Positions 1 through 11,018 of a DNA stretch of 64,000 nucleotides are shown here, in pieces; position 1 is the stretch's first letter; each line of letters opens with the position of its first letter. A model generated the notes under the pieces. That model ran no database searches and was not told where the DNA came from. It saw only the letters and a list, made by a program, of their open reading frames with translations. The DNA comes from Octopus sinensis (taxonomy: Eukaryota): positions 130,262,001 to 130,326,000 of the forward strand of contig NC_042999.1 of assembly GCF_006345805.1 (NCBI RefSeq). The letters run 5' to 3'. A program made the position numbers and the translations under genes.

Positions 1-321
1 TTAAGAAAATGTTGCAGCTTTATCAAGTAATTTTTTGACGATACATTCACGCGCGCGTCTGTGCGTCGAAAAGGATCATGTGAGTTAATCATTGAATAAT
101 TTCGAATACGGCTTGAACAATTTTGAAAGCGACCTACTGCAAAGCGCGCGAATCACAATGCTACTACTATCATTTTTATTATCTCTACTTCCGCAAGTAC
201 GGTGAAGTATATGCTTCACTGAGCCGAGGCAGTTTAAAATCACTATATCCAGAACCGTCTTCGTACTTGTCGGAATAATTAAAATGATATTAATAATAAT
301 TTTTTTTTTCTCAACACATAA

Positions 322-742
322 CTTTTCGGTTTGAACGGCAGTTTTTTTCTAGCGGTGTCATATGAAATTGTCACTCATAATTATAACCCTAGAATCGATC
401 TATTGCATTTCAATCTCTTTTAGAGTTAGGGTTAGTTAGGGTGGTTTAGGGGTGGGGGAAGGGTATCTTTTTTTCTTCACAAATGTAAATAAACCCAATC
501 TGTTTCTTAAACGAGGGACATATTCATACGGCACATAATGCTTTTTAACTCAATAGACGTCACTGATTGGTTGAAATTGCAGAAATTGAAGAAAAAAAAA
601 ACAACAAATATCTTACAAACTATAGAATTTTCTCAATAAAGGCAAGAGAAAAATATGTTTTATAAACACATTCTACCAGTATACGAAGTTTAAAATTTTT
701 TAATTAGAAATTATGTTAAAAACTGCCGTTCAAACCGAAAAG
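322..742. mobile_element. MITE-like element with 24-bp TIRs and internal telomere-like (TTAGGG-variant) repeats
   Basis: cttttcggtttgaacggcagtttt (322-345) / aaaactgccgttcaaaccgaaaag (719-742); ttagggttagttagggtggtttagggg at ~426-452. Confidence 0.75.
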
Positions 743-915
743 ATCTTATCAAATTACTAATTTAATGTTCACTAAATTAAATATGCTAAGATTGTGTATG
801 ACTGTGACCGAATACTTACCTATCGTCTGTTCGCTTTTTAGAGCAGGACGGTGGGAGAAAAGTAGATGTTGAAGTTCTTGTATTAATGTAACCGATATTA
901 ATATAACCAACAGTT

Positions 916-1128
916 AGGCGGCGAAGTGACAGAATTGTTAGCATGCCAGACAAAATGCTTAGCGGCATTTCGTCTGTCTCGGCATTCTGAGTTCAAATTC
1001 CGTCGAGGCTGACTTTGCCTTTCATCTTTTCGGAGTCGATGAAATAAGTTCCAGTTGAACATTGAGATCGATGTAATCGACGTATCCTTCTCCACCAAAA
1101 TTTCTGGCCTTGTGCCAAATTTGAAACT
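916..1128 (+). mobile_element. tRNA-derived SINE family A (MetaSINE/MESC-like central domain)
   Basis: aggcggcga..agaatcgttagc head, ttctgagttcaaattcc B box, gactttgcctttcatc..gtcgat..aagtaccag domain. Further partial copies at ~1220-1370(+), 6017-6160(-), 8065-8290(-), 23490-23645(-), 31670-31872(-) and 39690-39833(-). Confidence 0.8.
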
Positions 1129-1479
1129 CTTATAACCGAGAGTAGTGTATATGTAGATTAACTTGTGGTATTTAAAAAATTGTAGTTTGAGGGAAAATGA
1201 CCTTTATAAACTGCAAAAGGCTTCAAATTCCTGCCGAGGTCAACTTTGCATCTCATCTTTTCGGAGTTTATAGAATACAATACCAATCAAAAACTAGGGT
1301 CGATTTAATTGACTAACCCCATCTTCCTAAACTTACTGGCTTTGTGCACAAATTAGAAAGATTTATTATTCAGTCCGTCATTGCTAGACTTTAAAAGTTA
1401 TCAATACCGACCATTTATTGGATTAAATCCCTAGGTTCTCTAAGCTTGTTAAAGCAAGTTCTGACGTTCACTTTATTCC

Positions 1480-2170
1480 ACATTTTATTTTTACATGCTG
1501 AGTCTGGAGGAAGGGGAAGAGCCCATGACATATGTAAGCCCCTCCAACACTTAGTGATACTGTTGCTGTTGTGTTGCGTTTAAGCTGTTACTTGTCAACA
1601 CTTGCAGGAAAGATGTGAACAGTGAGAAGGTTCCAGAGGGCCGATATTTTGGCGATGAAAGATAAGGCATAGTGGTTAGTATGAGCAAAAGGTGGCTGGA
1701 CAAATGGCGCAAAGAGGTTGAGAAACGAATAGTATGTCAACTACTCACGCTACCTTAAATCAGCCTCTTCCGAGGAGCAGAAGTCGATATCGTAGCGATA
1801 GAGAAGACAGTGAGAAGAGACTACGTCTGAAGCTGGAGTGTGTCCATTAGTGATGGAATATCAGTTGGCCGAGTGGCTCTTCTCTGGATGCAGTCGATAA
1901 TCTCCAAGTGCAGCGCAGCAGCACTCTCCCTGATGTAGGAGCAGTACTTTATTGTGAGGTTCATGTAGGCATTCTCAAGTCTCAGCAGCTGTTGAAATCT
2001 GAAATATCTTCTGACACTAAAGAGCCTAATTTAACCTTAATTATCAGGATGAGGGCCCGGACTATGCTAAGGATGTGCTTTTGCCAGTATAGCTCCTCAG
2101 TAGTAATGAGACCCAGCATTTAGTGCAACTGTAAGGGCTGTAGCTGAGTACCGATCATTTTTAGAGGCGG
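1480..2170 (-). mobile_element. CR1/Jockey-group LINE, decayed 3' RT fragment
   Basis: Minus frames read LGL.TTEELYWQKHILSI..., RRYF..QQLL.L, and AALHLEIIDCIQRRATR, typical of the CR1-type post-RT region. Confidence 0.75.
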
Positions 2171-5100
2171 CGTGGTGCAGAAGTGATTTTTTTTATGTGA
2201 GTAGTGCTTGAGTATTCCTGCTATTTGTATTACAAGGATATGAAATACACGTGGTGATTGAAGCGAATGATTATTTTACACGAGTACACAGGAACAACAT
2301 TAGTTTTGTGAATGAACAAAATATTTATATTTTATCTAGTTCAGAGATAGATTTGTTGCTGAATATTTTGTGTCACAGTAGCTGAGTCATAATATTGTAT
2401 AGCCAAAACCTGGTCGATACTGTTTGTTATAAATCTAGTTAAGCTTAGGTTAGTTTTAGACGCGAGTGTTTTTTAGGGTTATTTTTTTACTGGAAGTTTT
2501 TTGATGTAATGTAAACGCACGTACACACGCATAAACAAATATGTATACATATTTGCGTTCACACACACACACGCTATTTGGTTTGAAGACGGAGTGATTT
2601 AACTTTGGCCTTCTTCCAGACATTCGTTCCCATTGAGAAAAAGCTATTAAATATCTCAGAGAAAACGATGAACATCACAGCATTAACTTTTCACCAAAAG
2701 GATACAGAGATTTTCGTCTCAGTCAGAAGAAAACAATATTGGTTATTTACATTTTCAAAGTCATTATTAAAGCAGTTTCCGGTGACCCACTTTTTTATAC
2801 GTGCTTGTAGTAATTTCGTGTTATTTACGTCACTAAAATTTTACCTGAGTTGCTATTATTGTTGTATTGGGTGGGGGAATTATGTCTATAATAAATACAC
2901 GCACGGATTCAGTTTCATTTCTTTATTAGTCAGATGGTTGGTTGTTTATCTAAGTAATTAATCGATTACTTACTTAATCACTTGGTCAATCAGTCAATCG
3001 GTTGTTGTCAAAGTCCCTTCATCACCATTCGCAACTTCATCAATAACCTTTCGAAGATACAACAAATTTTGTTTTCAACACACGAGTTCACATTATGAAT
3101 CTTGTAAACCAAATACAAAAACGAAATTCTGTTTGTCATCCTCATTTCCAGCTATGATAGGGTAAATCTGTGAGTAGATCTTGGATTCCAACCATTGCCA
3201 TATCATATTTTCTTTCCGCCAGGTGGGAAATTTGGCTGCTCTCCTGTCAGGTCGAGCGATTACACAGTCTCCCTTGTCGACTGGACCTCCGTTTTAATTT
3301 TAATACTTAGTACTATAAACAACTGAAAGGAACACAACAGTTCTCTGTGAATTGAATTGTTTTCTCAGTTGATAACATTTTACGAAAGATGTTTTGGTTA
3401 AACCTATCACTTTTCTGTACAGAATGGTTACAATTATTGTTTTTTTTTCGCTCTACAATTCAGCGTTTAATTAGCTATTTACTGACATCCTCTCATTCAT
3501 AAAAAAATCCTCACTGAAACCATTCAAAAACATATCAAGGGAAGTACACACGCACTTTCGATCAGTAATTAATAAATTTATTGATTTTTACAAAACCTCA
3601 GATTTAATAATGTTAATAACGCTATTTGTATACGCGTGTGTGTTTGTTTGTTTTTAGAAATCTGAGTTCATTAATATATTATAAAGTATGTTATTTATTT
3701 TATAGTTATCTAATTATCACTGAGAAAACAATTATTTCCTTTGAACATGTCGCATTTCCAATATTACTTTCACGTATTTTAATTTCCAATAATGGTTTTT
3801 GTTAAGGTTAGGCATTTTTAGGAGAAAGGAAAAAGAATATATGACGTTCATATCTTTCTTAGGAACATTAGCAGTTTAAACGATGTGAATTGACTTTAAA
3901 CAGATATCGAAATTCGATGGGAAGCTCGACTCTGCTACACATTACATAATATTCTATGATGGTATGCTGACAATTTCGTGCATTTAACACAGTTTGCTAA
4001 TGGAAGAAGTTGCGTTTGTAGAAAGAAACCATCTAATTGGATCACCTCGGTAACATATCTCTTAAATTTCGCTGAACTTGTTTGTGGTTCTTAAGTTTGA
4101 TTTCATGCTATAGAAACAATATGCATAAATTTCCTCCGGATAGTTCACTATTCTATCTCAGTTTAACACTCAGATACAACAACTGGTATCTGATTTCTTT
4201 ATCATAACAGATAGACAAAGAAGAGTAATCTATTAGATGCCAGCACCTGACGGATTACAAATCTCGTAAGACAGAAGGTCAAAACTGAATATTGAAATGC
4301 ATCCCTCCTCAGTACTTTTCTGCTAATATTTCTGCATCATACACGGAATTGTAATAATAATGTTTAACTTTGGGTACTCAGCTGGTATTTTAAAAATTTA
4401 TTGTCGAAAGAAGAATGAAAAGAACTTTAGAAGAATTTGAACTCAGATTGTTGAGGGTCGTAAATAAATTCTGCAAAGTACTTTGTTTGTCATTGTAACA
4501 ATTCTATCTATCCATCTCCTTCCCCTATATTCTAATAACGGTATTGTTTATTTTAAAAAAGGGAAGCTAATAATAATATTTAGCGTCGCCAGAATCTAAA
4601 AGAGTTTTATTGATCAGAAACTCAGTTACTCACAAGACAACTTTATAGTTTAGAAAGGAAACTTAACATAAACCTGTTAAGTTTCTCCTAATGACCATGA
4701 TATATGTTACATTAACTTCAGTAAATCTGACATCGAAATCTAATTGTATAGAAGTGTCAAATAATAAATGAGATTTCTATGGTTCAAGCCTTTTCCTATC
4801 ACACTAAATACCTTTATATAGGTATACGTAAGTTACTTGATATGTACACGGTATAATGTTAGTGAGTTTCTGGTTCTCGTGACAAAGCCATTTATGATAT
4901 TGTTTCGATTCTCAGGTGAATCATTTCTCATTTAATATCTTTCTTTCTGATTGAATCTGTTGAAATTTCTCATTTGCTAGGATGTACTCTTTCGACATTT
5001 TTGAAAGGTAGCCGACAAGAATCGAAATAGCAGTGTTTACCAACAAGTCCGTGCTTCATTGCATATTTCTTTTTTACACTTGTTTATTTGCATTCGATCA

Positions 5101-6269
5101 GTAACTCTTAATTAGCTGCAATATTCCTGAGAAATAAAAGACAAGAAGTTGGATGTTTTGAACCATATTTTTCCAGGGACAGTAGGAGAGTATTTCTAGC
5201 GTGCAGGTTTAATCCAGGAATCGAAAATGGGTCGCTCCATTGATTCTGAGGAAGATTACCTACGTCTATGTACATTGCTTCTCCCATTGTTATATTTCTG
5301 ATATCTTTCTCGGTTGCCAATTGAATTACTATATGTGTGTGTGTAATATGTATGTGGGGATGCGTGATTATGTGTGTGTCAATATATATACTTGTGAATG
5401 TTGATAAACTGTGTTTAAGTTTTGATATGAAGCCAACACTGCTTTGTTTCATGAATTTCAAAATCCTGGCGCCATTTTCTTTATCATAATTTTATCAACG
5501 TATCTCCTAAATGAATATTAAATATACGTGGATCCATGGATCACTTTCTGTCTGCAGCCATATGCTTATTTATCTCACAAGCACAGACCTTGCATACCTC
5601 TCTCCCTCTCTTTCGTCACCTCGCTTACTCTCAATTTTTGTCTTGTTGCATGTGGGTTTAGCTCTCCTTCTCTATCACACCCAACCTTATATTTTAATTA
5701 CTCCATAAATATTACGAACGTCTCATTGTACTACAAGGATTTTTTCTCACCCACCCACCGAGTCTAGTTTTACCATAGGATTCTTTCTCTCTCAACCACC
5801 AAATCTACCCCCCCCCATTTCTACTGCCTACTCTATTTATATTCTCTCCGAAGTAGTGCTTCAATAATGTACATAGTTCCTCATCTCTTAAATATAAAAC
5901 TGTAACACCCTAACTTGTCTACTCAGGAGGTACGTCCTTGTATGTTATACATAATACAGTTTACATATCAGCAGAAAACGGTAGATCAGGAAAGAAAAAT
6001 TAATAAGAATAAAATTGTTTCTAACAGAAACAAGGCCTAGAATTTGTGCGAAAGTTTAGTCGATTAAATCAAGCTCAGTACTAGGCTGGCACATGATTTT
6101 ATTGACGCCGGAGGGATAAAAAGCAAAATCGACTTCGGTGGGATTTGAACTCGGAAATGAAGAACCGTAATGTCATAGTAACATAAATTAGTTGATCTTA
6201 TGAAACTTAAGATACATTCCTATATGGCTATAAGCTTTATCTTTTTCTCAGCGTGAGAGCTGCTGAGTA

Positions 6270-6312
6270 AAATTATTGAGAACTCTTAAGACCGAAACTA
6301 TGTAGTCAATTT
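6270..6312 (+). ncRNA. Degenerate minimal hammerhead relic
   Basis: AAAUU-AUUGAGA-ACUC(UUAA)GACC-GAAA-C(UAUGUA)G-UC-AAUUU. The stem I 5-bp match, GAAA, GUC triplet and spacing are correct; the first box and the 5' side of stem II are decayed. Confidence 0.4.
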
Positions 6313-9275
6313 GAAATCCGAGCTATGTTTATGCTATCGAGACTGGATAAGTGTAGTTCTCGATTTATATTCCCCAGAACACACATACACATATTAAGTC
6401 ACGAGTATACTAAATGTCTTACGTAGAATTTTGTTCTCCTTTAACCCCAAGTGAGCTCTGAGTGAACAGACTAATTATCAAAGACCTTTCAAACATGACC
6501 ATACAACCCTTTTAAGAGTAGCATATCTAGGACAACATTATCTAATACATTTTTAAAACGGTAAAGTATGATATAAAAAAGATTGAGCTATTTCTAGTTG
6601 GTGGAACGGCAAGTAGATTCTGAATTTTCTTCTAGTATGCTGGAGTTTCCGGATATGAAGCAATAATTTCTGTAGGACTTGACACGCTAAACTAATGCTT
6701 CAGTTTAAATGTTTCCTTTTTAACTTTCCCTTAACCTTCCACATGCATTTGTCATCTTGTAGAAAACGGTAGATCAGGAAAGATCCTAAACATTTCAAAC
6801 CAGAATTACACTGCTTCCATGAACAACTACTTCGAATATATCTTCCATATCAAAATGTAATCACTACACATACAAAAGAAATACTACATTTTCCTACTGT
6901 GCCTTATAGAATAAATATATCTGGTCACCACAAGCTCAAGGTCTCTTAATTTGCGATTCCACATGACCAAAACTGCATCCCCAAAACTATGTCTCCTCTT
7001 CTTCACCAGAAAACTCTTTAACGTTGAGTTTCTGTCTCTCTTGAAAGCACGTAAAAGCAGTTCTCATTAAAATCATGCTTAGCTGTCTGGAAGCCCCACC
7101 CAGTTTGTTGACAAAGTTTCAGATGCATGATTTTTCGAATTGGCAGTGAAAGAATACGCACTATACTGAGTACCTTTTGGATGGTGTAAATATGTTGCAG
7201 ACTCTTCCACCTCCACAAGCCATGAATGGAATTTCTGTGTAATCGATTTACTTACTATAAATATTTACATCTTCCTTGTAGCACCCTTTGCATTTTTTTC
7301 GATGAAGAACAACTCATTGGACAATGTATTCTTAGGCACATTACTACTGAAAGAGAAAATGATGAGCTGGGCACTATTTCAGCACCTTTCGTTATAGATG
7401 TGTTCAATGACGGCTGGCATGAGTTAAACTGCTGCTGCTGTGTTTCTCGAATTCTACCACTATCGCCTATATTACCACCACCACCATCATCATTAACAAC
7501 ACCAAAGGGACATTATTTCACTCTGATTTGCAGAGCTTTATTATTAAATATGTTTTATTCTGTATTCGAATGACAACGCTGAAACGCCAAGAGAGAACTT
7601 TTTATCATCTAATTTATTCTTATTGTATTTATGCATTCTTACTGCATGTCGTCTAAAGAATCTCCTGTCACCAACGATTATATCGTTAATCATTTTAAAA
7701 ATATTTAAATATTTATAACCCTTTTTAATATTTCGCATAAATATTGATTTAAATCTGTATATACTTGTTTTATATATTAAATTTTTGTTAAATATCTTTC
7801 TCGCAATCTGTCAAAGTAGGATTAAGTTTAACTTAAATTTGAAGGTGTTAACTGGTTTTGAGATAACGTTCGCAAATTTGGTTGCCGTTCGAATAAGAGA
7901 GCGATCTGAAACCTTCCTGCACGACATCCGAACGTTACTAATGGACTTTTGCTGACTCTGGTTTTCCTGGAATCTTAAATCTATATGTGATTTACATATG
8001 AGAAGGCTCGAATTCAGTACTACAAACTAAAATTACATGCATCAATTATATACACTATAGTAACCCCATTAATTATGGTTTCAAATTTCGGTACTAGGCC
8101 AGTGATTTTAGAGGAGAGGGTAAGTCGATTACACCGACCCCTGTATTCAACTGATATTTATTTTATTAACTCTGAAAGGATGAAAGGCAAAATCGACCAC
8201 GGTAGCATTTGAATTTTGCAAGTAAAGTTAGAAGAAATGACGCTGAGCATTGTATCCGCCGCAGTAACGATTCTGCCAGTTCAGCGCCTTTATCAGCTCC
8301 ATTAATTATAGAACAATCTACTCATCAATGAGCAATGGTACTTATTCTATCTGAAGGTAAACCGGTGTTAACCTCACTTTCTTTATTCCTCAATAGTCTA
8401 CATTAGATTTTATGCTACTCTCTATCAGAATAGATATTCTAATACCACTCATTATCTTTATTTCTGCCGCTAACTTTCCTCGTTTCTCTCACTCCCCTGT
8501 TTTATAGCTGCTTTCTTTTCTCCTGTTTACTTTCGCTCCCTCACGCACGCGCTGTATAACCAGAATGGTATGTATAATAGTAGAAAAGTGACAGAGAAGG
8601 ACGACAAAAAAAAAGATAGAAAAACACATAGAAAACAACATACAATCAATGGACACAAATATGCTAATTCTCTCGTCAATTATCGACAAAACATCATCAC
8701 AATTTCGACACTAATACAGCTGTTGTTTATCCCGACATTAGCCTTACTAAAGTAGATTTATGTTGATTTATGTAATTCCAGACGTGACAGTCCGTTTTTT
8801 TTTTGTGTGTGTATTATAGACCACATTGTGTGTGTGTGTGTATGTGCGTGCGTGCGCATATTATTGTTACAATGTATGGCTCGAAGAAATTCAGCTGCTT
8901 TCTTACAAGATTTAGCTACCATGTGATAACGTATCCAACAGATCGGTCTTATTTTTCGCCGCCGGAGAACAACACCTCTCTTTAAATGATGTGTGTTCAT
9001 AAAGGATTCATTAGCAAGGGAGAACTTCGAGAGATACGGTGTATCGACTTTATTGAGTGTCTTCTCAGTCAACGCTACTCCGGACCGATTATTCTTACAA
9101 GAGTACAGATCTTTGTTTTATAGAAATCAACCAACTATTTGTTGATGCATGTTGATGTCCACCTATTTGATAATAATTTACGGGGTGCGGGCAGAAGAGG
9201 TAGGTATTAGATCAAAAGCTTGTGTGATTGTGTGTGTGTGTGTGTGTGCGTGTGCGTGCACGTGCATGTGTATTA

Positions 9276-9550
9276 TTAAGGCAGTGCAGAAACGTTAGCT
9301 CGCCGGGTGAAATGCGTAGCCGTATTTCGTCTGCTACGTTCTGAGTTCAAATTCCGCCGAAGTCGACTTTGCCTTTCATCCTTTCGGGGTCGATAAATTA
9401 AGTACCAGTTACGCACTGGGGTTGATGTAATCGACTTAATCCGTTTGTCAGTCCTTGCTTGTCTTCTCTGTGTTTAGCCCCTTGTGGGTAGTAAAGCGGC
9501 AAACTGGTAGAATCATTAGCACGTTGAACGAAATGCTTAGGGGCACTTTG
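9276..9550 (+). mobile_element. SINE family A copy followed by a second partial head
   Basis: Same head, B box and central domain as 26906-27300. Confidence 0.85.
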
Positions 9551-10114
9551 GCTGTCTTCCTGCAAAGCAAATTAAATAATACTTGGAATTTTTTGCGGAG
9601 GGTGATAGTGGTAACAAGAACAGGACAGTGAGAACAAAACAGTAAAAACAAACGGTGAGGGTTGTTAAGCCAAGACGATAGAAAAATTATTATGAACGTG
9701 TTTTTTTATGTCCTGTACCCACAAATGCATGTATATATACATATAATGAAGTATATTGTTTTTACGTCCTGTTCTTGTCACTTGTTTTACCCCTCTGCAA
9801 AAGAATTTTATTTAATTCATTTTGCAAGAAGGACTGCTACGGCCGGATCGTGTTCTGCCCTTACCTTCGAAACATGCATTGAGTCGAAACAGGGGCAGCT
9901 GATGAAGGGGAATTTTCCTTATATTGTTTGTCTTGCACTGTTTTTTCGTTGTTAAAAAAAGTCCGTTTCCTTGTTTGATTTTATGTTTTCGTTTCTCGTT
10001 GTGTTCTACGTTTATTTGTGGTATCCTGTACTCATATATGCATGTATATATACATATAGATGTAGGTATGTACATATATGTATGTATGTATGCCGATGTT
10101 TTATTTATTAAATT

Positions 10115-10905
10115 GTTATTATATGATTGAACGCCACGCGTTGTTTTCTTCTTCAAGTAAGTTTTTATATATATATTCCTCCTACCCACCTTGTCTCTTT
10201 TGCTCCGACTCCTACTTCTTCTCTTCATTACTAATCTCCTTCTCTTTTCTTCACTCCTACCCACCTTCCCTATGCATCCGATCCCGCCCCATCCCCATCC
10301 CTTACATCCATTCCCACATATGCCACCTCTACTCCCACCCTCAGCCTACCCACATACCACACCTCTACCCCACCCTCATTCTAACCCATACCACACCCTT
10401 GCTTTCCACACTCTCGCCTCCCCCACCTCCCAACACCATCACACCACACCACACACCACTACATCATACACCACCATACCACACAACACCACATCACATC
10501 ACATCACCTCGCACACACTAGCACTGACCACTTCTCGGCCCCACATCCACACACCTACACATACACACGCACACGTCAAGGTCACCAGCTCTCTTCCACA
10601 CGCACGTACATACCCTCTTATACACACGTACGCGCACCTTCGTTTTGGGATCACCACTACTTTATCTACCCTTCTTCTAGCTCTCCTGTGTGACCTCTCT
10701 TTCCGGCATTCGTCATGATAGATCGCTAGCCTCTACACATTCTTTATTTTCTTTCCTTGTTTCTGTCTGTGTTACTTCTCTGGAAGAGCGTAGGCTCGAA
10801 ACGTTAAAGACTTTTTCACTTCCCTAGTGTTATACTAATACATCTGTTTGTTGTCTACACCACCTGTCTTCGTATTTTGTTTTCTTTAATGAATTCTCCC
10901 TATAT
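10115..10905 (+). mobile_element. Probable non-autonomous PLE-derived 3' fragment (pyrimidine/CA-rich 3' region ending in TA-rich tract) with hammerhead relic at 10775-10811
   Basis: CUGGA-A-GAGC(GUAG)GCUC-GAAAC-GU-U matches the PLE-type 'CUGANGA-A-stemII-GAAACGUH' layout with 2 nt missing from box 1; ~95 nt of tail precedes a tatatat run. Boundaries approximate. Confidence 0.5.
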
Positions 10906-10986
10906 ATGTATGAAGTGTATGTACATACATATCTGTGTGTGTGTGCATATATTATACATATATATATATATAAAGCATGTCTGTGT

Positions 10987-11018
<32 letters not shown>

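Noticed and set aside
3978-4055. MEEVAFVERNHLIGSP(R) ending in phase 2, as a possible first exon of the Sec14 gene
   Set aside because: Weak donor (GTAACA) and no resemblance to Sec14 N-termini.
5108-5461. 117-aa minus-strand ORF with a protein-like C-terminal half
   Set aside because: The N-terminal part is microsatellite; no recognisable domain or acceptor site; alternative frames are equally uninformative.
9840-9930. Both hammerhead boxes in permuted order (ccttc-GAAAC...ggcag-CTGATGA-agggg) within a dispersed repeat (~9590-10035)
   Set aside because: No type I, II or III fold closes. There is no GAAA after the stem following CUGAUGA, and no hairpin between a UH triplet and CUGAUGA. A similar ggcagCTGACGA motif at ~35445-35460 (-) is also incomplete.
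9812-10718. Long ORFs (147-175 aa) rich in His/Pro/Thr or Arg
   Set aside because: They are translations of low-complexity CA/pyrimidine tracts of a repeat; no domain, splice or codon support.
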